Source: an uncultured Phycisphaerales bacterium
GTDB lineage: Bacteria > Planctomycetota > Phycisphaerae > Tepidisphaerales > Tepidisphaeraceae
Assembly (NCBI GenBank): GCA_963755915.1
Contig: CAVWLP010000002.1
Span: forward strand, 1,632,001 to 1,696,000
Reading direction: 5' to 3'
Length of the DNA stretch: 64,000 nucleotides
Shown here: in pieces, positions 1 through 10,200 of the stretch
Position numbering within the stretch: position 1 is the first letter of the stretch
How the letters are laid out: each line of letters opens with the position of its first letter
The notes under the pieces: generated by a model
Told to the model about the DNA's origin: nothing
Database searches by the model: none
What the model saw: the letters and a program-made list of their open reading frames with translations, nothing else
Translations under genes and position numbers: made by a program

Positions 1-1479
1 GGCGGCTCGACGGTGCTCGCCGCAGGCGGCTCGACGGTGCTCGCCGCAGGCGGCTCGGAGAGCGCGCCCACCGGGTTATCCGGCGCGCCCATCGGGTCGG
101 TCAGTACGGCATCGCCCTGGCGTGAGGTCATTGTTCAGAAGTTGGAAGCCGGGCTGACGGCCCAGCGGATTTATCAAGACATCTCCAGCGATCACGGCTA
201 TGCCGGCAGCTATTACAGCGTGCGCCGGTTCATCAAGAAGCTCTCGGCTGCCGCGCCGGCGCCCTTTCGCCGGATGGAATGCGAGCCGGGAGCCGAGGCG
301 CAGGTGGACTTCGGCCGGGGTGCGCCCTGGTCGGTCCTGACGGCAAACGCAAAGCAACCTGGGTCTTCCGCATTGTGCTGAGCCACAGCCGCAAGGGGTA
401 CGCCGAGGCGGTGGAGCGGCAGACGACCGATGATTTTCTGCGTTGTCTGGAAAATGCCTTTACGCACTTCGGCGGGATGCCGTCAGCGCTGGTGATCGAC
501 AATCTTCGCGCGGCGGTGACGCGGGCGGACTGGTTCGAGGCGGAGTTGTGTCCCAAGGTCCGGTCGTTCGCCGAACATTATGGAATCGCCATTCTGCCCA
601 CCAAGCCGTACACGCCGCGGCACAAGGGGAAGATCGAGCGGGGCATCGGCTATGTGAAGAGCAATGCTCTCAAAGGCCGGCAATTCGCCTCGCTCTCGGA
701 TCAGAACGCGCATCTGCTGACGTGGGAGAAGAGCGTGGCCGACACGCGCATCCACGGCACGACGCGGCGGCAGGTGAAGGAAGTCTTCGAGCAGGTAGAG
801 AAGCCGGCACTGTTGGCTCTGCCGCCGGTGCGATTCGATCTTTTCACCGAGGCGTTGCGCAGTGTTCACCGCGACGGGCACGTGGAGATCAAGGGGGCGT
901 ACTATTCGGTCCCGCCGGAGTTTTTGGGCCAGCGGGTCTGGGCGCGGTGGGACGGGCGCACGGTCCGGCTGTTCGATCAGAAGATGCGTGCGATCGCTCT
1001 GCACGCGCAGCGTCCGCCGGGCAGGTTCTCGACGCAAGACGCCCATATCCTGCCGGAGAAGATCAGCGGCATCGAGCGTGGAACGACCTGGCTTCTCCAG
1101 CGGATCGAATGCATCGGGCCGCACGCCACGCAGTGGGCGCAGTCAATGCTTCAGCATCGCGGCATCGAAGGCGTGCGCGTGTTGATGGGGCTGCTGTCGC
1201 TGGCCAATCAGCAGCCGCGACCGGCCGTGGAACGAGCCTGCGAGATTGCTCTGGGGCATGGCGCGTATCACCTGCGCCTCCCTGCGGCAGCTCATCGAAC
1301 ACCAAAACGGCGCGCCGGTTCAACAACACTTCGAGTTTGTTCAGGAACATCCAATCATCCGCGGACTGGCCGATTACGGACAGTTCGTACGCGACGCAAT
1401 CACCCAAGCGGAGGCTTTGCCTGCCGCACAACCTTTACAGGCCTGCCCTGAGCAGAGCCGAAGGGAGTCCACCCCATGA
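1..1479 (+). CDS. istA: IS21 transposase IstA (5' partial; apparent frameshifts near 325 and 1277)
   Basis: Motifs PGAEAQVDFG, LVIDNLRAAV, PRHKGKIER and YYSVPP spread over ORFs 13..381, 279..1451 and 1246..1479. Confidence 0.9.
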
Positions 1480-2366
1480 GACCTTCGTTGATGCAGACGC
1501 TCAAGCAACTTCGGCTTTCAGGTCTGGCGAGCAGCCTTGAAGTTCGCCTGAGCGAGGCGGCCGGCAATCGGCTCGACCACAGTGAGTTTTTGGAACTGAT
1601 CCTTCAGGATGAACTGAACGTCCGATCCAGCCGGCAGATCGGCCGGCACGTCAAGGCGGCGATGTTCCGCGACACCAAAAACCTCGACGAGTTCGACTTC
1701 TCCTTCAACACCTCCATCAAACGCAAACAGATTCACGATCTGGCCGCCGGCCAGTTCATTCGTGACAAACGTGACGTGCTCTTGCTGGGTCCGCCCGGCG
1801 TGGGCAAATCGTTTTTGGCCCAGGCCATCGGACACCAGGCGATCAAGAGCGGCTTGGTGGTCCTGTACCGATCCATCTTCGACCTGGCCCGCGACTTTTT
1901 AGGCGACGAGGATCTGGGAGCCCAGGACAAGACGCTGGCCCGGTATCTCAAGCCTGATCTGCTTATCATCGACGACATGGGAATGAAGCAGCTTCCGCGG
2001 CGCAGCGGCGAATGCCTGCTGGAGATCGTCATGCGCCGGCACGAGAACCGCTCGACGATGATGACCAGCAACCGTCCACTGGAGGACTGGGCCAAGCTGA
2101 TCGGCGACGTGCCGGCGGCCACGGCCATTCTGGATCGGTTCCTGCAGCACGCCACGATCATCAACATCACCGGCAAGAGCTACCGCCTTCGGCATGGGGG
2201 CCATTCGACTTCGCTCACGGCAGGCCAATCCGGGACACCGGAAAAGACAAATCCAAAAGGACGGCGGAGTACCGCCGGCGATGAAGGGTGCTCCCCCCCG
2301 GAAGACACCGTGACAGAGCCGCCGTTGTCTTCTGATGTGGGGGTATCCGCCGGCCAGACGGCGTGA
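1476..2366 (+). CDS. istB: IS21 helper ATPase IstB
   Basis: Walker A GPPGVGKS, Walker B LLIIDDMG, TSNRP, AILDR, GKSYR; ATGA overlap with istA. Confidence 0.95.
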   Translation: MRPSLMQTLKQLRLSGLASSLEVRLSEAAGNRLDHSEFLELILQDELNVRSSRQIGRHVKAAMFRDTKNLDEFDFSFNTSIKRKQIHDLAAGQFIRDKRDVLLLGPPGVGKSFLAQAIGHQAIKSGLVVLYRSIFDLARDFLGDEDLGAQDKTLARYLKPDLLIIDDMGMKQLPRRSGECLLEIVMRRHENRSTMMTSNRPLEDWAKLIGDVPAATAILDRFLQHATIINITGKSYRLRHGGHSTSLTAGQSGTPEKTNPKGRRSTAGDEGCSPPEDTVTEPPLSSDVGVSAGQTA

Positions 2367-2586
2367 ACGGGGACCAATAACTCAAGGAACAGTTGCGTCG
2401 GATAGAACGGATGCGGTATAGAATACGTCAGCACATTGGCCGGTTTTGAAGCGCTCCGCCCTGGCTGGTTTTGGCGCGCCCCGTGACACTGTTGACGAGT
2501 CAATCGCAGTCGCTGCGTCTCGCGCGATGGCCCGCCCTATGGTATTCGGTACTGACTTCCTATGACTCTGAACAAGCGAAATCGTG

Positions 2587-2647
2587 TTCTAATTCTTTAG
2601 AAAAGGCGATTGCAATCTTCTGTGGAGATTGTTCTAATGAATTAGAA
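2587..2647 (+). promoter_or_regulatory. Putative blaI promoter with two palindromic operators
   Basis: TTCTAA-N4-TTAGAA at 2587-2602 and 2632-2647; TTGCAA (2610-2615)-N17-TCTAAT (2633-2638). Confidence 0.7.
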
Positions 2648-2652
2648 TAAAT

Positions 2653-3060
2653 ATGGAGGATCTAATGCCGCGACCCGCTTCAAGTCGCCCGACCGACCTT
2701 GAATTGGAAATCCTCAAGGTTCTTTGGGAATCCGCTCCCGCCACCGTGCGGCAGGTCCAGGCGCGCCTGGCTCCGCGGCGCCCGCTGGCGGTTACAAGCG
2801 TTACCACCGTTCTTAACATTATGACGCGCAAAAGGTATCTGAAGCGCTCCACGGCCGGGGGCGTATACGTCTACCGCCCGCTTGTCAGCGAGACTTCCAC
2901 CGCCAACGGAATGATCCGCGATCTGATCAACCGACTCTTCGGTGGATCGGCAGGTTCGCTCATGCTCAATCTTCTAAGCGAACAGGACCTGGATGAAAAA
3001 ACCCTGAAGGAAATCCGAGCGGTTCTTGATCGTAAGAAAGCAAGCGAGGACCAGTTATGA
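2653..3060 (+). CDS. BlaI/MecI/CopY-family transcriptional repressor
   Basis: PTDLELEILKVLW...ATVRQV...TSVTTVLNIM...YVYRP...LFGGS pattern; coupled to an M56 gene. Confidence 0.93.
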   Translation: MEDLMPRPASSRPTDLELEILKVLWESAPATVRQVQARLAPRRPLAVTSVTTVLNIMTRKRYLKRSTAGGVYVYRPLVSETSTANGMIRDLINRLFGGSAGSLMLNLLSEQDLDEKTLKEIRAVLDRKKASEDQL

Positions 3061-5753
3061 ATAACCTCATCAACTCAGAGTTGGCGATCCGACTGGCATT
3101 GACTCTGATGCACTCGCTTTGGCAGGGCACGGCCATTTCGCTCCTTGCCGTGGCTGTAGCCAGCGAGTTTAGTCGTTCGGCCGCCGCACTGCGATACCAA
3201 ATCTTCTTTTTAGCACTTGTCCTATGCGCTTTGGCCGCCGTTGTGACGTTCGCGTGCCTTTCGACTGGACGGGATGTGCTGCGCGGCGCGATGGCGCCAT
3301 CGATTCCCGGGCGCACCGTGGCGGCAGTGGAAATAAATCAGACAATTTCCGCCGCTTCATCCGCGGGTGTTGTGTCGAACCCTGTTGTCAGCGTCGCACC
3401 GCATTCGATGTACTCTCCGATCGGGCCGGCGACCCCCGGATCTCCTACGGTGAAATCGAGATTCGACTGGACACGCTGTGCGACGCCGGTCGTCCAGGTC
3501 TATGCCGCTGGCGTTACCCTGATGCTCTTTCGTCTGGGAATCGCGATCCGCGGGGACCGCCGGCTTCGCATAGCCGCCTGCCCTCTGGCCGACCAGCGGA
3601 TTCACGCGGCTTTGCATCGACAGGCCGCGCGGCTTGGTCTGCGTTTCGTGCCGGCCGTCTTCCAAAGCGCTCGGGTGCTGGTTCCAACTGTGGTTGGCAT
3701 CCTCCGTCCCGCGATTCTGCTTCCTGTTTCGGTCTCGACGGGTCTTTCCCTGGATGCCATCGAAGCGATTCTCGCCCACGAACTCGGCCACATTCGGCGG
3801 TATGACCATCTGCTTCAGTTTGTCCAGCGCCTTATAGAAGCAGCATTTTTCTTTCATCCCGCGGTCTGGTATCTCTCGCGTCGTATCCATGTCGAGCGCG
3901 AAAACGCCTGCGACGACCTCGCCGTCCGGGTCTTCCACAAACCCGGCGAGTATGCCGATGCACTACTGCGGGCTGCCGAGTTGTTCGCGTTTGCCCGTCG
4001 GCCCGCCATTGCCAGTCTCGCAATTGCCAACCGCTCGCACGGACTGCGGGAGCGCGTCGCCCGTCTGGTGGAACCCGTTGCCGAGTCGCGCTTCCGATTG
4101 CCAGGCGTTTGCAGTGCGATGGTCCTGCTGAGTCTCGCTGTGGTGCTGGCCCTCGGGCTCCATCATCGTGCGGATGCCGCCGACCCGACCGCGCCAACAG
4201 CCCGGCCTGGCAATGCCCCGAGCGGCGCCGTGAGCCCGGAGAGTTACGGTGAGACAATGCATGCGTTACCGACCTACTGCGGCGCAGTCGACAAGGCGGT
4301 TGCCCCCCAGAATCTGGAAGCCCTGGCCTCCAAGACGAGCGATCCCCAAGTCCTGCTTGGTTTGGTGTACCTCGCTCCGACGGGAAGTCCGGTCCGGCGG
4401 GAGATTTCGGAATCCGCGGTGAACGCCCGACCCGAGTACGCCCCAATTGTTGCGGTGCTGACGGTTGCGATGGAAGGTGCAGATGAGCATTCCGTCGACG
4501 AACTTATCAAGAGTGATCCGGACAACGCGCTGGGGTACTACCTGAAGGCAAATCTGTTGTATCAGGCTGACTACGAGAAGGAATCGCTCGCGTTATTCCA
4601 GAAGGCGGCAACCTGCCCCGACCTGCGCCTTTACGGGACCCTGACCGCCAATGCGCTCTTCAAGACGCTTGATGCCTTGAACCTCCGTGGGCGCGATCGG
4701 CTGGCAGCCCTGAGTTGGACGGCAACCCGTATGAGCAACTTTTATACCTCGGACTTGCAAACCGTGCGTACGGACCTGAGCGAAATGAGCTTGAAGTCCG
4801 ACTTCACCACCCGAAAAGAGATCTCCGATCTACTGTTGGTCCTGGGTGGCCACCTCTTCTCGACAAACTTCACGAACCGTCGTTTGGCAGAGTGGACGAT
4901 CCAAGATGCCTTCCAGCTCAAAGCAACCGTCGCGGCCGCCGAGAAATCCCGTGACACAAACGCCTACTGTGCCGTCAGCCAGACGATCCAGCGATTCAGT
5001 TGGCCCGACACCGGCAAAGAAACAGACATACCTATTGAAGCGGAGCAGTATCTTCCCAGTAGAATCTGGGGGGCATTTGCAAGGGTTGATCAATCCCGAA
5101 GGACCGCCACAAGCCCGATGGGAACGAAATTGAACCTTTCGGGTAGTGACAAGGCCGCCTATGAAAAGGCGCAAGACGATTATATTAAGGCCGGCAATGC
5201 GCTCATCGAAGTATCGCTTACCGATGCTGATGGAATAATCGGCGCCTATCTTAAAGATCTTCCTCAACCGGACGGGTCGGGACCATCTCCGTGGATAACG
5301 AGTTACAGCGATGTCGAGAAACTGATAGCGAACCGGCCCGACGTTTTTGAGGCGGCCACCGCGAACGAACGGGCGATGCGTGCATGGGACCAGGCCGTCA
5401 GTAATGATCCTGTTGACCGGAATGTCAGGAGGTTGATGCATGTCGGCTTCGCGATTTGGTCATACGCGTCTGACCACGATCAAACTTTACCGAGCAGTCT
5501 GGAGGTTCTATATAAGGACGGAAGATATCTCAAAGACGCGGGCGAGACGAAGTCGCTTTTAACCGGCAAGTCTTACATTATCGCCGCCGCCGGCACGAAA
5601 TTTCCTGAAAAAGCTGCTCGACGGGACAGTTTCATCGTGGTCTATGATGATGATGTAGTCGATGGTCGCTATCAGTGCGCGCTCGGTAACGGTGGTGGCA
5701 CAAGCCTGCCGGCGAATGAGTTCAGGGAGTGGCTCGGAAAGCAAGGCAAATAG
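3057..5753 (+). CDS. BlaR1/M56-family membrane metallopeptidase with a long extracytoplasmic C-terminal region
   Basis: HSLWQG, PTVVGILRPAILLP, zinc motif HELGH, FFFHPAVW, ERENACDD; transmembrane segments. Confidence 0.92.
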   Translation: MNNLINSELAIRLALTLMHSLWQGTAISLLAVAVASEFSRSAAALRYQIFFLALVLCALAAVVTFACLSTGRDVLRGAMAPSIPGRTVAAVEINQTISAASSAGVVSNPVVSVAPHSMYSPIGPATPGSPTVKSRFDWTRCATPVVQVYAAGVTLMLFRLGIAIRGDRRLRIAACPLADQRIHAALHRQAARLGLRFVPAVFQSARVLVPTVVGILRPAILLPVSVSTGLSLDAIEAILAHELGHIRRYDHLLQFVQRLIEAAFFFHPAVWYLSRRIHVERENACDDLAVRVFHKPGEYADALLRAAELFAFARRPAIASLAIANRSHGLRERVARLVEPVAESRFRLPGVCSAMVLLSLAVVLALGLHHRADAADPTAPTARPGNAPSGAVSPESYGETMHALPTYCGAVDKAVAPQNLEALASKTSDPQVLLGLVYLAPTGSPVRREISESAVNARPEYAPIVAVLTVAMEGADEHSVDELIKSDPDNALGYYLKANLLYQADYEKESLALFQKAATCPDLRLYGTLTANALFKTLDALNLRGRDRLAALSWTATRMSNFYTSDLQTVRTDLSEMSLKSDFTTRKEISDLLLVLGGHLFSTNFTNRRLAEWTIQDAFQLKATVAAAEKSRDTNAYCAVSQTIQRFSWPDTGKETDIPIEAEQYLPSRIWGAFARVDQSRRTATSPMGTKLNLSGSDKAAYEKAQDDYIKAGNALIEVSLTDADGIIGAYLKDLPQPDGSGPSPWITSYSDVEKLIANRPDVFEAATANERAMRAWDQAVSNDPVDRNVRRLMHVGFAIWSYASDHDQTLPSSLEVLYKDGRYLKDAGETKSLLTGKSYIIAAAGTKFPEKAARRDSFIVVYDDDVVDGRYQCALGNGGGTSLPANEFREWLGKQGK

Positions 5754-6396
5754 AAAGTTGGTACGATTTCCACACCGACGTCAACCGTGCCAATAGTATA
5801 CATGTTGCACTCGGCCTGAGATTGGCCGTTTCCGTTTTTTTGAGCGGGCGGAAGGATGTGCGGATGTATTCCACCCAACGGATGATTTGGACTAATGCGC
5901 CTCCGATCATTCTGTGTATTCGGCGATCAAACTAGATCTAGCCGTAGTATGGTGACGTTTGAGGCGTTCCCTGCAAGCTCGAAGTGGGTAACCTCGTTTT
6001 TATTCACTAAATTCGCATTGTAAATGCGTCATAATAAGTGAACTGGAAAATCACCATTGATGGTGACATTTTCGTCGATTGCTGGTTGGTCTGGAACCCG
6101 CCCTGCACTTGGACATATCCTGGTCCAGCCCGAATAACGGACAATCGCAGGTGCCGAACCTGCCGTACAGGCGGACCGAACCACGCGGCACATTCGATAG
6201 ATGAATAAGCCATCCGTTCGATTGATTGGATCTGCTAAATATACCCTGAAAACGTGTCATAATATTTTACCGCGGATATAGCCTTCAGCGGACGCGTCGT
6301 CCGGCCACCTAGTCCCATCTTTTCCTGCTCTCTACCTTGTATCCACGGGTCCATTTCACTTTACACCCGGCCAGATATGGCCGGGAAGGAGATCCT

Positions 6397-6686
6397 ATGC
6401 TGCTTTGTTCTGATTCATGGACCCCGCAACCTGGCGATGATCCTGCCGGAATTGCGGGCTTCGCCTATCGGTTCGAATCTCGACCGCTCAATCGCTTGCT
6501 CGGACGGGGTGGCCGAATGGCCGATACCCCCGACCCGTCGCGTTATGCGGCCTTGTTCCGACGTCTAAGGAGCGAATACGGCGGCCAATTGCGCTATGGC
6601 TTCATGCTGCCGATCAATCTTTTGCTCGACGGGGTGGTCGCTCACCCGATCTATCACGAAAGGCGCGTGCCGCAGATGGCGCCAAT
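6397..6686 (+). pseudogene. 5' part of a hypothetical gene interrupted by IS21 copy 2
   Basis: AAGGAG RBS before ATG 6397; the frame continues across the IS into the 9576..9828 frame. Confidence 0.55.
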
Positions 6687-6808
6687 TGTCACGGGGCGCG
6701 CCAAAACCAGCCAGGGCGGAGCGCTTCAAAACCGGCCAATGTGCTGACGTATTCTATACCGCATCCGTTCTATCCGACGCAACTGTTCCTTGAGTTATTG
6801 GTCCCCGT

Positions 6809-7699
6809 TCACGCCGTCTGGCCGGCGGATACCCCCACATCAGAAGACAACGGCGGCTCTGTCACGGTGTCTTCCGGGGGGGAGCACCCTTCATCGCCGG
6901 CGGTACTCCGCCGTCCTTTTGGATTTGTCTTTTCCGGTGTCCCGGATTGGCCTGCCGTGAGCGAAGTCGAATGGCCCCCATGCCGAAGGCGGTAGCTCTT
7001 GCCGGTGATGTTGATGATCGTGGCGTGCTGCAGGAACCGATCCAGAATGGCCGTGGCCGCCGGCACGTCGCCGATCAGCTTGGCCCAGTCCTCCAGTGGA
7101 CGGTTGCTGGTCATCATCGTCGAGCGGTTCTCGTGCCGGCGCATGACGATCTCCAGCAGGCATTCGCCGCTGCGCCGCGGAAGCTGCTTCATTCCCATGT
7201 CGTCGATGATAAGCAGATCAGGCTTGAGATACCGGGCCAGCGTCTTGTCCTGGGCTCCCAGATCCTCGTCGCCTAAAAAGTCGCGGGCCAGGTCGAAGAT
7301 GGATCGGTACAGGACCACCAAGCCGCTCTTGATCGCCTGGTGTCCGATGGCCTGGGCCAAAAACGATTTGCCCACGCCGGGCGGACCCAGCAAGAGCACG
7401 TCACGTTTGTCACGAATGAACTGGCCGGCGGCCAGATCGTGAATCTGTTTGCGTTTGATGGAGGTGTTGAAGGAGAAGTCGAACTCGTCGAGGTTTTTGG
7501 TGTCGCGGAACATCGCCGCCTTGACGCGCCGGCCGATCTGCCGGCTGGATCGGACGTTCAGTTCATCCTGAAGGATCAGTTCCAAAAACTCACTGTGGTC
7601 GAGCCGATTGCCGGCCGCCTCGCTCAGGCGAACTTCAAGGCTGCTCGCCAGACCTGAAAGCCGAAGTTGCTTGAGCGTCTGCATCAACGAAGGTCTCAT
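6809..7699 (-). CDS. istB: IS21 helper ATPase IstB
   Basis: Same protein as 1476..2366 except GRRV vs GRHV. Confidence 0.95.
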   Translation of the reverse strand: MRPSLMQTLKQLRLSGLASSLEVRLSEAAGNRLDHSEFLELILQDELNVRSSRQIGRRVKAAMFRDTKNLDEFDFSFNTSIKRKQIHDLAAGQFIRDKRDVLLLGPPGVGKSFLAQAIGHQAIKSGLVVLYRSIFDLARDFLGDEDLGAQDKTLARYLKPDLLIIDDMGMKQLPRRSGECLLEIVMRRHENRSTMMTSNRPLEDWAKLIGDVPAATAILDRFLQHATIINITGKSYRLRHGGHSTSLTAGQSGTPEKTNPKGRRSTAGDEGCSPPEDTVTEPPLSSDVGVSAGQTA

Positions 7700-9452
7700 G
7701 GGGTGGACTCCCTTCGGCTCTGCTCAGGGCAGGCCTGTAAAGGTTGTGCGGCAGGCAAAGCCTCCGCTTGGGTGATTGCGTCGCGTACGAACTGTCCGTA
7801 ATCGGCCAGTCCGCGGATGATTGGATGTTCCTGAACAAACTCGAAGTGTTGTTGAACCGGCGCGCCGTTTTGGTGTTCGATGAGCTGCCGCAGGGAGCGC
7901 AGGTGATACGCGCCATGCCCCAGAGCAATCTCGCAGGCTCGTTCCACGGCCGGTCGCGGCTGCTGATTGGCCAGCGACAGCAGCCCCATCAACACGCGCA
8001 CGCCTTCGATGCCGCGATGCTGAAGCATTGACTGCGCCCACTGCGTGGCGTGCGGCCCGATGCATTCGATCCGCTGGAGAAGCCAGGTCGTTCCACGCTC
8101 GATGCCGCTGATCTTCTCCGGCAGGATATGGGCGTCTTGCGTCGAGAACCTGCCCGGCGGACGCTGCGCGTGCAGAGCGATCGCACGCATCTTCTGATCG
8201 AACAGCCGGACCGTGCGCCCGTCCCACCGCGCCCAGACCCGCTGGCCCAAAAACTCCGGCGGGACCGAATAGTACGCCCCCTTGATCTCCACGTGCCCGT
8301 CGCGGTGAACACTGCGCAACGCCTCGGTGAAAAGATCGAATCGCACCGGCGGCAGAGCCAACAGTGCCGGCTTCTCTACCTGCTCGAAGACTTCCTTTCA
8401 CCTGCCGCCGCGTCGTGCCGTGGATGCGCGTGTCGGCCACGCTCTTCTCCCACGTCAGCAGATGCGCGTTCTGATCCGAGAGCGAGGCGAATTGCCGGCC
8501 TTTGAGAGCATTGCTCTTCACATAGCCGATGCCCCGCTCGATCTTCCCCTTGTGCCGCGGCGTGTACGGCTTGGTGGGCAGAATGGCGATTCCATAATGT
8601 TCGGCGAACGACCGGACCTTGGGACACAACTCCGCCTCGAACCAGTCCGCCCGCGTCACCGCCGCGCGAAGATTGTCGATCACCAGCGCTGACGGCATCC
8701 CGCCGAAGTGCGTAAAGGCATTTTCCAGACAACGCAGAAAATCATCGGTCGTCTGCCGCTCCACCGCCTCGGCGTACCCCTTGCGGCTGTGGCTCAGCAC
8801 AATGCGGAAGACCCAGGTTGCTTTGCGTTTGCCGTCAGGACCGACCAGGGCGCACCCCGGCCGAAGTCCACCTGCACCTCGGCTCCCGGCTCGCATTCCA
8901 TCCGGCGAAAGGGCGCCGGCGCGGCAGCCGAGAGCTTCTTGATGAACCGGCGCACGCTGTAATAGCTGCCGGCATAGCCGTGATCGCTGGAGATGTCTTG
9001 ATAAATCCGCTGGGCCGTCAGCCCGGCTTCCAACTTCTGAACAATGACCTCACGCCAGGGCGATGCCGTACTGACCGACCCGATCGGCGCGCCGGATAAC
9101 CCGGTGGGCGCGCTCTCCGAGCCGCCTGCGGCGAGCACCGTCGAGCCGCCTGCGGCGAGCACCGTCGAGCCGCCTGCGGCGAGCACCGTCGAGCCGCCTG
9201 CGGCGAGCACCGTCGAGCCGCCTGCGGCGAGCACCGTCGAGCCGCCTGCGGCGAGCACCGTCGAGCCGAGGGCGCGCGCTGGCCGGTTTTGAATCCGATC
9301 CGGGCGCCGCAGGATCGCCGCCCGACAACCGGATGTGGCGTCCAACGGTCTCCCGGTGAACGCCGAGTTGGCGGGCGATGTTCCGATTGGACCAGCCGCT
9401 GCGCAAGTGCCAAAATTGCTTGTACTTCCGCCATCTTGAGTTGATTGGCCAT
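7696..9452 (-). CDS. istA: IS21 transposase IstA (several apparent frameshifts)
   Basis: Starts MANQLKMAEV; HTH WSNRNIARQLGVHRETV; DDE motifs as in copy 1. Confidence 0.9.
9119..9268 (-). repeat. 24-bp tandem repeat x6 inside istA (encodes STVLAAGG)
   Basis: Unit GAGCCGCCTGCGGCGAGCACCGTC on the + strand; the same array is cut by the window start at 1..57. Confidence 0.95.
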
Positions 9453-9575
9453 CCCACCATTGGCTTGCGGCAACCGCCGAAAGCCAAGGTCGATAACCCA
9501 ATCTCCTGTGCCTCAAAATGGCCGGTTTTGGCGCCGCCTCAATTGGCCGGTTTTGCGCGCCCCATGACAGCCAAT

Positions 9576-9828
9576 GGCGCTGTTTGTCCGTTAAGGCCGT
9601 TTTTGGAGTGTTCGCGCAGTGATTTCGGTGATGTCCGCGGGCGATCCGGCGATGGTGGATAAGCTCGTGCAGCTCTACGCAGATTTCGCGGTGAAGCTGC
9701 TCGTACTTACACCGGATCTGGTCGATTCCGGCTACCTCAATGGAGAGGAATTCGGCCGCCAGGTGAAGGAGGCTCTCTTCCCCGCCTGCGATACCCAGCC
9801 CTTGGCTCCCGCCCAGTCCGTCGCCTGA
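9576..9828 (+). pseudogene. 3' part of the IS21-interrupted hypothetical gene (in-frame TAA at 9592-9594)
   Basis: Rejoined frame reads ...QMAPMALFVR*GRFWSVRAVISVMSAGDPAM...QSVA. Confidence 0.5.
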
Positions 9829-9945
9829 ATCCCGGCAGTCTCTTCAGGCGATTCCCAACTTTATGAAGGAGGTGCAATCCCCCAGGCTCGTCGTACGTGC
9901 TGATTTCGTTCACCTTTCATCCATTCTCTTTAGGAGCAAGCTTTT

Positions 9946-10173
9946 ATGAAGGTCTTTTACATCAACAATGTCGGTTCAGGTTTCGCGGAACAGATCGAAG
10001 TGGACTCAGGCACCACCCTGGCTGCGCTGTTCAGCCAGAAGATGCCGGGATCCGATCCCCGGGATTACTTGATCCGCGTCAATCGCCAGCCGGTTGCCGC
10101 GGATGAGGTACTTACCGAAGGATCCCGAGTCTCCATAACACCCACCAAGATCGAGGGGGCCAAAGTCGCCTGA
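9946..10173 (+). CDS. Ubiquitin-like beta-grasp (ThiS/MoaD-like) protein
   Basis: 75 aa; YLIRVNRQ...[18 protein letters not shown]; first gene of a Ubl-E2-JAB-E1 run. Confidence 0.85.
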   Translation: MKVFYINNVGSGFAEQIEVDSGTTLAALFSQKMPGSDPRDYLIRVNRQPVAADEVLTEGSRVSITPTKIEGAKVA

Positions 10174-10200
10174 TCCTGGTCCGATCCAGATGTTTCATAC

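Larger units (their letters stand above)
1..2488 (+). mobile_element. IS21-family insertion sequence, copy 1 (left end outside window)
   Basis: istA/istB pair; the right end ...GGCCGGTTTTGAAGCGCTCCGCCCTGGCTGGTTTTGGCGCGCCCCGTGACA ends at 2488 and is the exact reverse complement of the end at 6687. Confidence 0.93.
6687..9569 (-). mobile_element. IS21-family insertion sequence, copy 2 (complete, 2883 bp, 6-bp target duplication GCCAAT)
   Basis: TGTCA...TGACA ends with repeated AAAACC(A/G)GCCA boxes; GCCAAT at 6681-6686 and 9570-9575. Confidence 0.95.

Noticed and set aside
2653-5753. Beta-lactam resistance locus
   Set aside because: No beta-lactamase and no penicillin-binding sensor domain are recognisable.
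5754-6396. Short ORFs in the AT-richer gap
   Set aside because: No motif or convincing RBS; they cannot be supported.
9119-9268. Tandem 24-bp repeats as a CRISPR array
   Set aside because: There are no spacers, the array is in frame inside istA, and no cas genes are present.
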